DNA of 64,000 nt. It comes from Syntrophales bacterium (GTDB lineage Bacteria; Desulfobacterota; Syntrophia; Syntrophales; UBA2210). Made by a program: the position numbers and the translations under genes. Of the stretch, positions 1-9,657 are shown in pieces; the stretch's first letter is position 1; every line of letters starts with the position of its first letter. The stretch is taken from the NCBI GenBank assembly GCA_963666365.2, contig CAXXNF010000002.1, forward strand, positions 2,272,001-2,336,000, written 5' to 3'. The notes beneath the pieces were generated by a model. It was not told the origin of the DNA and did not search any database. It was given only the letters and a program-made list of their open reading frames with translations.

Positions 1-2
1 CC

Positions 3-3000
3 GGCGGCAGCGTTCACACGTACGGCTATACGCCGTCCTCCGGATTGCTGTATCCGGGACCGGTTTGCCCGTCGCCCTTCTCTCAAACGGTAACTGTTTC
101 CCCGACACCGAACAGTACAGGAAGCTACACTGTGGTCACTTCCGATGCGTCTTATGGAACCTATGGACAGGAAGTTACTCGCACGCCCACCACTTGCTGC
201 CTGACGACAGGAGTAAGCCCCGCCGAGGCGGCTGCCGACGGGTGCAAGGCCGAGCCGACCCGGGTAGATCCCGTCGAATGCGGGGGCTCGGTAGAGGTAA
301 CAGCAATTCCCGCCGACCCCTGGGTCTTTAAAGAATGGACTGGCGCCGCATCAGGAACGAATCCCGTTACCGACGCGACAGTAACGGGAAAGTGCTCCGA
401 GGCCATTGCCGTCTTCTGGAAACCCACGCTGACCCTGGGCACAGGCCCTTTGAATCCCAGTTATGTAACCGAATTTTACGGTATTGCCGGAGAATTCGAT
501 TATGCGAACGGCAGAACTGATGTCGTGGCCAATCATATTACCCTGTCAGCCAACGAAGTGGATGACTGGCTCGTCAAGGGCCTCACCTACCACACCTCAG
601 GCGCAGGCAATGAGAAAGAAGATATCGCCGAGGCACGGCTGTACTTGACCAATGTAGGCGGCACACTCCTCGGAAAGGGAACCTTCACTGCCGACAATGG
701 GAATATCTCCTTCAGTTTTAATGTCACCGTTCCCAAAGCTTCTTCCGTTTCCATGGTCCTGGTCTATGACTACAAACCGGAACGTGCCTGGCCCTGCAAC
801 GATTACAGGACAAAAATCGATATGGGCGACGTCACCGCCATACCCGTTACCTATCCGCCGGGCCAGAAGCTGCCTGTTCCACCCAACGGCGCCGTCCATG
901 GGGCCGTCAGCGTCAAGGCGGGCGACATAGTCAAAATAGACGGTGACCGGCAGTACGGGGAGGCGGAAGACCCGCAGACAAACAATCCGCTGGAGAAACC
1001 CCTTAAATGCCGCCTGCAATGGCAACATCCGCAGAGTATCAACTTCATAAGCTACGATATAATGGCGCCCCAGAACGGCGCATTTCTGAGCGGCGCTCAG
1101 GGCACGGTACACGTTGAAAAACAGCCCACGGCCGATGGCTATGTAGAAGAAACAATGACCCTTGGGAATAAAAAAGGTCAGCAGAATCCATACCTCGTTC
1201 AGATGGGTATGTCCCAGAAGGGAGCTGCCTGTTACAGTTCTTGGGCACCGCCCGTTTTCACCGCCTGGGGACTGGGCCTTGACCTGGGCACCACATCCCA
1301 GTATGACAATCCTGCAAACGGCGACACCTTCGGCACCTTTTTGAGCAACATCCAGGCGGAAAATAAATTCACCCTCACCATCGACATGGCGCCGCCCGAT
1401 TATGCCGAGGTGGAGGAAGTGCTTTTTACCATGGGGGGCCAGACGGTCACAGGAACAGTGGTGACGCAAAACAGGGTCTACGAGGCGATCTTCGATATGG
1501 CCGCCTTCAATGCCCCTCAAACGCTGACCATCACCGTAAGAATGATAAAGGACGGACAGCATATAGAACAGACCGCCGAATACCACGTAAAATCCCTTGC
1601 GCTTCCCTCCTGGGTCAACAGTATAAACGCGATCTGCCACTCTGAATCTTTCACAAAGGAGTTCAGCGGCGACGACGGCGGGGCTTACACACTCACATTC
1701 AACTATCCCACCAATTTTGCCTGGAGCGACTACGTGCCCAGCAGCGTGGGGCTTCTGGGCGGTCTGAACAACGACCTGGACATCGAGTTTACCGCCAATG
1801 CCATCTATCGTATCGACGAAACGAGCACCTTCGGCGCCGCGATCAAAGGGCAGCCCGTCATCCTGGGCCATGAATTCGGGCTGGAAGGGGGACTCTCGGG
1901 GGATTTCGACCAGAACTTCGCCTTTCAGCGGGGCAACGGCACACTGCGGGCCAGTTTCGCCTTCGATCTGCCCGAGAAAGGGTACTCGAAGACATTCCTC
2001 ATCTACGGCGTCCCGGTGACGGCGGCGGTGGATCTGAGCGGCAACGTGGAGATTTTCATCCGGGGAAGCGCCGTTCTGAACCGCCAGCTCGAGTTCGAGG
2101 AGATCACCGTGGCCCCGGGTACCACGGTCACGGGGAACGTGACTATTTCGCTTTCTGCTGTCTTCGGCCTGGCAAAAATCGCCGCCACGGGGTCCCCCAC
2201 GGCCACTGTGGAAATCGAGCTGCGCTACACCACGGCCTCAGGCACCACCACGACATGGCGCGGCGAGATTGTCGTTCCCATCACGGTGGTGGGCTCCATC
2301 TTCTGGGGACTGGGGAGCGCGGAGCTCTACTCGACCGAGCTGGGCCCCTGGACCTTCCCCTCGGGCGGCGCTGCACCCCAGGCCTTCAGACCTTTGGGTG
2401 AGATTGAAGGACCGGCAGTGCCGCGACTGCTGTCCACCTCGGCCCTCGCCATCGATGGAAGCGGCCGACGGATGACCCTCTGGATCGACGACAGGACACC
2501 GGCGGCGCCCGCCCCCGATCCGGACGTCTTTTACCGCTACTACGACGGCAGCGCCTGGTCCGGCTCGGCACCGCTCATCGGCACCGCGCAGACCAACCTG
2601 GAGTGGGAAACGGACCCGGCGGTGGTCTTCCTGAACGGCGGCGCCGCCCTGGCGGCATGGACGGCCAACAAGGGGGACAAGTCCCTCAACGACCTCAATG
2701 ACATCCTGGCCCATCAGGACATCGCCTTCGCCCTCTGGAACGGCGAAGCATGGACCACGCCGGCGAAAGTCATCGACGATGACGAGGCGGACGGCACGGT
2801 GCGCCTGGCCTACGACGGCTCAAATCAGAAGGCGCTCGCCGTGTGGGTCCACAACGCCGACGCGGGGAAGAATGCGATGAGCAGAACGGCCTGGAAACTG
2901 ATGTACGCCCTCTTCGATCCGGCGGCCAACGAAGGCGCCGGGGCCTTTGCAGTTCCTGCGGACGTGCCGGGCACTGCGACGGGTGCGGCGGATCAGATGC

Positions 3001-4553
3001 CCGCCATTGCCACCGACGGCGCCGGCACCGTGCTGCTGCTCTGGGCCAGGGACGACGACGGGGAGTTCTATAGGGAGCTTTCCGGCGTCACCAACGGTAC
3101 CAACGTGGATTACGAAAACGACGACAGCCACATCTACTGGACCCGGTGGAACGGCACAGGCTGGAACGATCCCCAGGCCCTGGCCACGGGAGGCACCGCC
3201 ACGAAGCTCTCCCCCTCCGTCGCCTTTTCGCCCGGCGGGACAGCCCTGGCCGTATGGACGGAAAAGGAGGTGTCCCAGGGGGCGACGATGCACCACCTGA
3301 AGTACGCCGTCTATGCCGACGGCGGCTGGTCGTCGCCGGGGGTGATCACGGAGAGTCCCCGGTTCATCGAGGACCCGAAGGCCGTGGTGGACGCTGCGGG
3401 AACCGCCACAGTTATCTGGCGGGCCTACGCGGGGAGATCGAAGGGAGGAGGGGCACTCTTCTCCAGTACGGGACAGATGCCCGCTCCGTCCTGGTCGGAA
3501 CCGAAGCAGATCACCCACGACGACACCCTGCAGTGGCAGGCCGACGCGGCGCTGGACGAGAACAACAAGGTCTATACCGTGTGGAGCGCCTACGACGCTT
3601 CGTCGGGCATCGCAAGCACCGGCACGGGCTTCGGAAGCGGCGTCAACGTGGCGCAGGAGAGTCCGAACTCGGCGGCACTGACGGGCGTCTACGCCGATGC
3701 GGGGGTCGATGCCGACAGCAACGGCATATACGAATCGCTGGCGGTCTCCCTGGGGGTGAACATCCTTGTAGCGGGAGACTACGAGGTCCGGGGCGATCTG
3801 TACAAGGGGGATCAATTCATCCTCTCCGCCCTGACGGCAGAAGACGGTCTCGACACGGGGACACACACATTCGTCCTTTCCTTCCCCGGCGGCATTCTCT
3901 CCGACCGCGGGCTCGACGGCCCCTACGCCCTGAAACAGGTGGTGGTCATGGACCGGAGTGATTCACCGGTGCAGACGGCCTTCGCCGCGGCACCCCACAC
4001 GACGGCGGCCTACCTGGCATCGCAGTTCGTCCAGGGCCCCCTGGCGCTGGACAAGTCCTCCTATCTGGGAACAGGGGAAACGGCGCTGATCACCGTGACC
4101 GATGCACTGGCAAACACCAGCGCCGACTCGGTGCAGACTATCGCCGTAGAGGTGGCGAGCACCCGCGATTACGAAGGGTTTATGCTTGGGCTGGTCGAAA
4201 CGGGACCGGACACGGGTGTTTTCCGGGGGACGCTCGGTTTCAGTCTGCTCTCAAGCTCCTCGGAACTTGAGCGGCTCCTCGTGGCCGATCATGACCTTAT
4301 TCAGGTGATCTATGAAGATCCGAACCGCGACTACCGCTTTATCGAAAGGTCCCTCTGGACGATCGGCGGCGCCGGCGATGTAAACGGTGACGGGCAGGTC
4401 AATTTGACGGATGCCATCGTGACCCTTCAGTGCGCTGCCCACATGACTACGGAGACCGCCGTTATCACAAAGGACGCCGATGTTGACGGCGATGAAAGAA
4501 TCGGCATGGCGGAGGCCCTCTATGTGGTTCAGGCTGTGGCCGGTCTTCGCTGA
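3..4553 (+). CDS. Large multidomain secreted/surface protein (5'-truncated by window edge): InlB B-repeat-like unit, Ig-like domains, probable beta-propeller, C-terminal dockerin type I-like domain
   Basis: Frame is open from base 3 (GGSVHTYGYTPSSGLLYPG...) to TGA at 4553. It contains 'VTAIPADPWVFKEWTGAASG' (B-repeat-like) and ends in duplicated Ca-binding loops GDVNGDGQVNLTD...ADVDGDERIGMAE...AGLR. Confidence 0.8.
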   Translation, partial: GGSVHTYGYTPSSGLLYPGPVCPSPFSQTVTVSPTPNSTGSYTVVTSDASYGTYGQEVTRTPTTCCLTTGVSPAEAAADGCKAEPTRVDPVECGGSVEVTAIPADPWVFKEWTGAASGTNPVTDATVTGKCSEAIAVFWKPTLTLGTGPLNPSYVTEFYGIAGEFDYANGRTDVVANHITLSANEVDDWLVKGLTYHTSGAGNEKEDIAEARLYLTNVGGTLLGKGTFTADNGNISFSFNVTVPKASSVSMVLVYDYKPERAWPCNDYRTKIDMGDVTAIPVTYPPGQKLPVPPNGAVHGAVSVKAGDIVKIDGDRQYGEAEDPQTNNPLEKPLKCRLQWQHPQSINFISYDIMAPQNGAFLSGAQGTVHVEKQPTADGYVEETMTLGNKKGQQNPYLVQMGMSQKGAACYSSWAPPVFTAWGLGLDLGTTSQYDNPANGDTFGTFLSNIQAENKFTLTIDMAPPDYAEVEEVLFTMGGQTVTGTVVTQNRVYEAIFDMAAFNAPQTLTITVRMIKDGQHIEQTAEYHVKSLALPSWVNSINAICHSESFTKEFSGDDGGAYTLTFNYPTNFAWSDYVPSSVGLLGGLNNDLDIEFTANAIYRIDETSTFGAAIKGQPVILGHEFGLEGGLSGDFDQNFAFQRGNGTLRASFAFDLPEKGYSKTFLIYGVPVTAAVDLSGNVEIFIRGSAVLNRQLEFEEITVAPGTTVTGNVTISLSAVFGLAKIAATGSPTATVEIELRYTTASGTTTTWRGEIVVPITVVGSIFWGLGSAELYSTELGPWTFPSGGAAPQAFRPLGEIEGPAVPRLLSTSALAIDGSGRRMTLWIDDRTPAAPAPDPDVFYRYYDGSAWSGSAPLIGTAQTNLEWETDPAVVFLNGGAALAAWTANKGDKSLNDLNDILAHQDIAFALWNGEAWTTPAKVIDDDEADGTVRLAYDGSNQKALAVWVHNADAGKNAMSRTAWKLMYALFDPAANEGAGAFAVPADVPGTATGAADQMPAIATDGAGTVLLLWARDDDGEFYRELSGVTNGTNVDYENDDSHIYWTRWNGTGWNDPQALATGGTATKLSPSVAFSPGGTALAVWTEKEVSQGATMHHLKYAVYADGGWSSPGVITESPRFIEDPKAVVDAAGTATVIWRAYAGRSKGGGALFSSTGQMPAPSWSEPKQITHDDTLQWQADAALDENNKVYTVWSAYDASSGIASTGTGFGSGVNVAQESPNSAALTGVYADAGVDADSNGIYESLAVSLGVNILVAGDYEVRGDLYKGDQFILSALTAEDGLDTGTHTFVLSFPGGILSDRGLDGPYALKQVVVMDRSDSPVQTAFAAAPHTTAAYLASQFVQGPLALDKSSYLGTGETALITVTDALANTSADSVQTIAVEVASTRDYEGFMLGLVETGPDTGVFRGTLGFSLLSSSSELERLLVADHDLIQVIYEDPNRDYRFIERSLWTIGGAGDVNGDGQVNLTDAIVTLQCAAHMTTETAVITKDADVDGDERIGMAEALYVVQAVAGLR

Positions 4554-4672
4554 GCCGGCGCAGAGTAGATTGTGGAGGCCCCGTAACAAGCTCCACTATG
4601 CCGGTGGATCGGCATTATAATGGAGCGTAACTCACAGTTTCCTGGGCAGAGTGCCGGGACAAAAGAACCGAT

Positions 4673-4744
4673 TTTCGCGCAGGGGCACTGAGGACAGGGG
4701 AAAATAAAAAATGTTTTTCTCTGCCCTTGGCGTCTTGCGGGAGG
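4673..4744. repeat. Long imperfect inverted repeat between convergent genes (REP-like or terminator-like)
   Basis: TTCGCGCAGGGGCACTGAGGACAGGGGAAAA pairs imperfectly with TTTTTCTCTGCCCTTGGCGTCTTGCGGGAG, with many G-T pairs on the + strand. Confidence 0.4.
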
Positions 4745-4818
4745 AAATGAATTAGCTGCGCAGTGAAGATGATCCCACCGGTCACGCCACACCGTAAAGG
4801 GACACACATATTATCCTG

Positions 4819-4848
4819 CATTGGCGTTCATTCGCGTCCATTCGCGGT
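4819..4848. repeat. Three 10-bp tandem repeats
   Basis: CATTGGCGTT / CATTCGCGTC / CATTCGCGGT. Confidence 0.55.
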
Positions 4849-4888
4849 TCTCATAAAGAAGACCTGCGAAACGCCACCGCCGGACAGG

Positions 4889-5551
4889 TCAATCGGACAG
4901 TGTCGCTTTGATATCCTTCCTCAGTTCCTTTGAGAGCGTTTCCGCGGCCCGGCTCATGGCACGGACAAGCCCTTCCGGTGTTTCTTCATCGAAAGGAACC
5001 GCTATGCGATAGTCTTTTTGAAGGCATATGCTCCGAGCCGCCTCCTTCTTGCTGCTATCGGAGATAGTGATCGTGACGCCAAGGAGCGCCGACCGCTTTT
5101 CTCCCTCGTCTATTTCCAGAAATTCCATGACATGGCCTTCAAGGAGATAGCGGCTTTTCTCGTAGCTCAGCTCGGTCCTGACTGCGGCAAACAGTCCGGA
5201 CTGTGACAGATCACGGTAGAGCAGATTCGAAATCATGGCGGCGGGAGTTACTTTCCATCGATAATAGTGGTAGGCGGTCCGGCGATAGGGTCCGGTCCGG
5301 TAGAGCATGGCCGTGCCGTTGTAAAGTTCAGCGGCGGAAAAGCGAAGGACCGTCACTGCATCACCGCACAGAGGTGTTCCGCTCGCATTGGGCGCTTCAT
5401 ATTCAAGAACATAGAAGGTGATCGACCTTTCCGCGCTTCTTCCCCCTATGCACCCCGCACAAAGCAGAAGCCCGGCCGCCGCGACGGCGGCTGTTCCAAG
5501 CACTCTCAGCATTCCCCAAAGGTGGTTCTTTGAACGTCCGATTCCGTGCAT
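4889..5551 (-). CDS. ABC-type transport auxiliary lipoprotein (PqiC-like)
   Basis: Lipobox LLLCAGC; 'FYVLEY', 'YYRWKVTPAAMI', 'LEGHVMEF' pattern; last gene of the mlaEFD operon. Start codon uncertain. Confidence 0.8.
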   Translation of the reverse strand: MHGIGRSKNHLWGMLRVLGTAAVAAAGLLLCAGCIGGRSAERSITFYVLEYEAPNASGTPLCGDAVTVLRFSAAELYNGTAMLYRTGPYRRTAYHYYRWKVTPAAMISNLLYRDLSQSGLFAAVRTELSYEKSRYLLEGHVMEFLEIDEGEKRSALLGVTITISDSSKKEAARSICLQKDYRIAVPFDEETPEGLVRAMSRAAETLSKELRKDIKATLSD

Positions 5552-5558
5552 AGGATGA

Positions 5559-6575
5559 TCACTCCCTCCTTTCCTGCGGCGGCGCACTGAACAGGATATC
5601 CGACGGGTTGACGGACAATCGTTCGATGAGTCCTTCAAGAGCCCGCGACGCCTGCTGTAGGCTTTCGCTCGCATTTCTGATCCCGATGGCGGAAAGCCGT
5701 ACCGAATTGTCCAGATCTGCCATAAGCATTCCCGCATGGTTTACCCCTTCGGCAAGTTCCATCTTTTTGAACGTGGCGCGGGAATCGGCAATGAGGAGAC
5801 GCGTTTCCTTAATCGCTTTTCCCGCCTCGTTTATGGTCTTTTCGAGGGCCGCAGTCGCTGACGTGAGTTTCATGTCACCCAGCGTCTTATGAGATCGGTC
5901 TATCAGTGCTCCTGCCTTCGTCAACGTCGTTTTTGTTTCCGCCAGAGTGGATTCCATTTCTCCCATCACGGCATCGAGACGGGCTGTTACTGTATCGAGA
6001 TTTGTCATAATACGCGCCATTTTTCCATCACCCAAGGCGGTCTTAATCGATGTGACAATGGAGTGAATCCCCTCAATAGTATCCTTCAAGTCAATGGTGT
6101 GTATCCGTTGTATCACCTCATCGATTGTGGAAAATATACGACTGATATCGGAAGGAATGGAGGGTATTACGGGATAGGGGGCGTCAAAGCCGATCGTGAC
6201 CGCTCGACCGGACTTATTTTCCACCATGTGATTCAATTCTATAAATACAAGTCCCGTGATCCCCACTGCCTTCAACTGGGCAACGGTATCCCGTGCCAGC
6301 GTATCCTCCATGTCGATCTTCATAAGTACTTCGATCAGAATATTATCGGGCGCTACACCGATTCGCTCGACGCGCCCCACTTCCACGCCACGGTATTTTA
6401 CACTTGAATCAACAGAAAGTCCCTGGACGGATTCGTCAAAATAGGTCACATATCGCACACCTTTCTGGAAATACTGGGACGCCCCCAGCCATATGACGGC
6501 CGTAATTCCCATAATGACCCCTACGGTCACGAAGAGACCGATCATGAAATTCGATGTCTGTCTCTTTCCCTGCAT
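5559..6575 (-). CDS. mlaD: MlaD/MCE family protein
   Basis: N-terminal TM helix, 'FDESVQGLSVDSSVKYRGVEVGRV', 'GITGLVFIEL', long helical C-terminus. Confidence 0.9.
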   Translation of the reverse strand: MQGKRQTSNFMIGLFVTVGVIMGITAVIWLGASQYFQKGVRYVTYFDESVQGLSVDSSVKYRGVEVGRVERIGVAPDNILIEVLMKIDMEDTLARDTVAQLKAVGITGLVFIELNHMVENKSGRAVTIGFDAPYPVIPSIPSDISRIFSTIDEVIQRIHTIDLKDTIEGIHSIVTSIKTALGDGKMARIMTNLDTVTARLDAVMGEMESTLAETKTTLTKAGALIDRSHKTLGDMKLTSATAALEKTINEAGKAIKETRLLIADSRATFKKMELAEGVNHAGMLMADLDNSVRLSAIGIRNASESLQQASRALEGLIERLSVNPSDILFSAPPQERRE

Positions 6576-6596
6576 GCCCTGCCTCCTTCGGTTCCG

Positions 6597-7355
6597 TCAC
6601 TCACTTTTTCTGTTGAGAAAGTTGATAACCCGGTGATCATGGGAGCAGTCTTTCAGCTCCCGGGGATTTCCGTCCGCAATAATCCCCCTGGCGTCCTGAT
6701 CAAGCATAATCACTCGATGCGCAATACTCAAAATCGACTGAAGTTCGTGGCTTACGATTACCATGGTTGTTCCCATCCCCTGATTTATCTTGACGATCAT
6801 CGTATCGATCTCAACCGATGTGACGGGATCAAGACCTGCCGAGGGTTCATCGAAAAAAAGCATCTCCGGGTCAAGGACCATGGCACGCGCAAGACCGGCC
6901 CTCTTCTTCATTCCTCCGGAAAGCTCAGACGGCAATAATTCCTCGAATCCTGCGAGATTCACCATGCCCAGTTTCATGCGGACAATCAGATCCCGTGCAT
7001 CGGCTGAAAGGTGTCGATACTCCCGAAGAGGAAGCGCGATATTTTCACCCAGCGTCATCGAACCGAGGAGACCACTCGCCTGAAAAAGAATGCCCATCCC
7101 GTCCCTTACTCGCCGCAACGACTCACCCTCGGCTGTATGGATATTCACGCCATTGACAAGCACCCTTCCCCGGGCAGGCTGATAAAGCCCTATCATGTGC
7201 TTGAGCAATACCGACTTTCCGGAACCGCTTCTGCCCATGATGACCAGAATTTCTCCTCTGTAGACCTCAAAGCTGACATCTCTGAGAATCACGTTGCCTT
7301 CCAGCTCCGCGGTCATATGTTCCACCGAAATGAGCACCTCACCTTTGCCGTTCAT
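6597..7355 (-). CDS. mlaF: MlaF-type ABC transporter ATP-binding protein
   Basis: Walker A GRSGSGKS, 'LPSELSGGMKKRAGLARA', 'FFDEPSAGLDP'. Confidence 0.92.
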   Translation of the reverse strand: MNGKGEVLISVEHMTAELEGNVILRDVSFEVYRGEILVIMGRSGSGKSVLLKHMIGLYQPARGRVLVNGVNIHTAEGESLRRVRDGMGILFQASGLLGSMTLGENIALPLREYRHLSADARDLIVRMKLGMVNLAGFEELLPSELSGGMKKRAGLARAMVLDPEMLFFDEPSAGLDPVTSVEIDTMIVKINQGMGTTMVIVSHELQSILSIAHRVIMLDQDARGIIADGNPRELKDCSHDHRVINFLNRKSE

Positions 7356-7412
7356 ATGCCCTCCGTCACAGATAGGGCATGTCGACAATCAATTTCTCCA
7401 CGTCCCATCATA

Positions 7413-8558
7413 TCATACGTAGTGAAATACTATGGCAAAGACGGAATCGGCCACCACAATCAGGAAGATGGCCGATACGACCGCCGATGTTGTGGCGGCG
7501 CCGACCCCTTCGGCGCCGCGTTTGACCTGCAGACCTTTGTGACAGCCGATCCCGGCAATAAGGGCCGCAAAGACTATCGACTTTACAAGCCCTGTAGCCA
7601 CATCATTAAGTGAAATACTGATGGCGGTTTGATTCACGTAGGTTCCCACGGTGAGATCCATTCCCACCACCCCCACGATCAGACCACCCACAAGCCCGAA
7701 AAGATCGGCGTACAGCGTAAGAAGCGGCACTACCAGAAGCGCCGCTACCACTTTCGGCAAGGCAAGGAACTCCACCGGATCGAATCCCATCGTCACCAGG
7801 GCGTCCAGCTCTTCGTTGACGACCATGGTGCCTATCTCTGCGGCAAAGGCTGATCCTGAACGGCCCGCGACGATGATCGCTGTCATCAGGGGGCCCAGTT
7901 CCTTGACGACGGCAATGCCCACCAGGGAGGCCACAAAAATATTTCCTCCCAGCGGTTTTAATTGCAGGGACGACATAAATGCAATAATAAGTCCCACCAG
8001 AAGACTTATAAGACCGACAATAGGCAGCCCTTCCACGCCGGCACGTGCCATATAGTGCAACACGTCGTTCCACCTGATCGACCGGGGGTGGACGCATGAG
8101 TGCCCAAGGGCATGAATGACATCCCCAAGAAAGGTCATCAGCATCACCCCATCGTTTACCGCTGCACGACTGGCCTCTCCGATATAACTGATAAGCCCGG
8201 GATAGGACCGACCGGAGGCACGTGTTCGTACGGAGAGCGCCGACGGATCCAGCAGTTCGAGCACATTTCTATGATCTTCCCTGAGATTGGCGAGCCGGCA
8301 GGGAACCGAGCGGGATGCCATGTCCTCTGTAATCGAAAGGAGCGCCATGGCGCCGGCGCTGTCGAGATAGTCAATACCGCTGCAATCAATGGCAACCGCA
8401 GCCGGCTGCGTTCTTTTTATGAGCGCCCGCACTTCTCTCACCACCTCGTCCATCGTATCCAGAGAAAGCCGCCCTGAGATGAATATCGTCAATTCTCCCG
8501 TTTCCGTCTGAATATCCGTAGCCGTTGTATTGAAACGCTTTTCCCTGCCTTTTTTCAT
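7413..8558 (-). CDS. mlaE: MlaE family permease with N-terminal STAS domain
   Basis: 'IDYLDSAG' (STAS); 'ELGPLMTAIIVAGRSGSAFAAEIGTM'; 'GVGAATTSAVV'. Confidence 0.92.
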   Translation of the reverse strand: MKKGREKRFNTTATDIQTETGELTIFISGRLSLDTMDEVVREVRALIKRTQPAAVAIDCSGIDYLDSAGAMALLSITEDMASRSVPCRLANLREDHRNVLELLDPSALSVRTRASGRSYPGLISYIGEASRAAVNDGVMLMTFLGDVIHALGHSCVHPRSIRWNDVLHYMARAGVEGLPIVGLISLLVGLIIAFMSSLQLKPLGGNIFVASLVGIAVVKELGPLMTAIIVAGRSGSAFAAEIGTMVVNEELDALVTMGFDPVEFLALPKVVAALLVVPLLTLYADLFGLVGGLIVGVVGMDLTVGTYVNQTAISISLNDVATGLVKSIVFAALIAGIGCHKGLQVKRGAEGVGAATTSAVVSAIFLIVVADSVFAIVFHYV

Positions 8559-8743
8559 TTCGTCTCCCCCGGAGACCTTTGCAGACATTCACAAGACAAT
8601 TCATTCGTCATGCCGGCAGATCCATCCCACTGCATATGGTTCATTTTCGACCGTCAAAAGGCAACTGCAGCATATTACATATTTTTTTATCTGATGGCGA
8701 ATGTTTTTTGATATGATGCACCTTCCCCTGGCATTTTCATCTT

Positions 8744-8771
8744 TTGATTTTACTGATAATCCGTGTATAAT
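8744..8771 (+). promoter_or_regulatory. Candidate sigma70 promoter for prxU
   Basis: TTGATT-N16-TATAAT, 58 bp upstream of the ATG. Confidence 0.5.
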
Positions 8772-8829
8772 ATACACATTCAATTGCTGCATAGGACTTA
8801 CCAGAAGATGCATGAAAGGAGGAAGGTCT

Positions 8830-9549
8830 ATGGCAGAAGAAATTAAGGCTGGATGCGCTCGACCGACGGGAGGCCCTGTCGGTGAGAAAAAAGACGCGCC
8901 ACACCCTGCGGAGGAACCGATTAAAAAGGAGGCAACTGCTATGATCAAGGTCGGACAGAAGGCGCCGGATTTCACCGCCCCGGCATACTACAAAGGAAAA
9001 TTCATTAATGTGCAATTATCGGAATTTCTGGGAAAATGGGTGGTACTCTGCTTTTATCCCGGTGATTTTACCTTTGTCTGAGCAACGGAAATTTCGGCAG
9101 TTGCCGAAAAATACCCTGAATTCAAGAAGCTGGGCGTCGAAGTGTTATCAATGAGCATCGACAGTGTGTTTGTACATAAAATGTGGAACGACAACGAACT
9201 TGCAAAAATGGTGGACGGGGGCGTTCCCTTCGCCATGCTATCGGATGCGGGCGGAAAGGTGGGAACCGTATACGGCATCTACGACGACAATGCCGGCGTT
9301 GAAACAAGGGGACGGTTTATCATTGATCCCGACGGCGTTGTGCAGGGCTTTGAAGTGCTCACCCCGCCGGTGGGCAGAAACGTAAGCGAATCGCTGCGCC
9401 AGATTCAGGCATTCCAGCTTGTACGGGAAAGCAAAGGCACCGAGGCAACCCCCTCCGGCTGGCGTCCGGGGAAGATGACCCTCAAGCCGGGTCCCGATTT
9501 GGTGGGAAAAGTATGGGAAGTGTGGAAAACAGACATGGCCTTCGATTGA
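8830..9549 (+). CDS. prxU: Selenocysteine-containing peroxiredoxin (AhpC/PrxU type); TGA 9079-9081 read as Sec
   Basis: ORFs 8701-9081 and 9142-9549 share one frame, joined by a single [21 protein letters not shown]. The TGA sits exactly at the peroxidatic Cys of AhpC (FYPxDFTFVCPTE). Confidence 0.93.
9092..9109 (+). promoter_or_regulatory. Candidate bacterial SECIS hairpin
   Basis: TTTCGGC-AGTT-GCCGAAA, a perfect 7-bp stem with G in the loop, after a 10-nt spacer from the TGA. Confidence 0.7.
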
Positions 9550-9606
9550 TTGGACTGTGCTGAAATAATCCGGCAGATATAATTCATATCCTGCCGCCAG
9601 CATTCG

Positions 9607-9633
9607 AAGCTCCTCATGCAATGTGAGGAGCTT
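9607..9633 (+). terminator. Hairpin downstream of prxU (possible terminator)
   Basis: AAGCTCCTCA-TGCAATG-TGAGGAGCTT; U-tract is weak. Confidence 0.45.
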
Positions 9634-9657
9634 TCGCATGTTGACTCGACAAGGAAC

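Noticed and set aside
597..3961. Long alternative-frame ORFs (597-1871 -, 2820-3866 -, 3146-3961 +)
   Set aside because: Shadow frames of the GC-rich surface-protein gene with no recognisable motifs
8701..9549. Peroxiredoxin as two genes or a pseudogene
   Set aside because: A single in-frame TGA at the catalytic site with a downstream hairpin is better explained by selenocysteine
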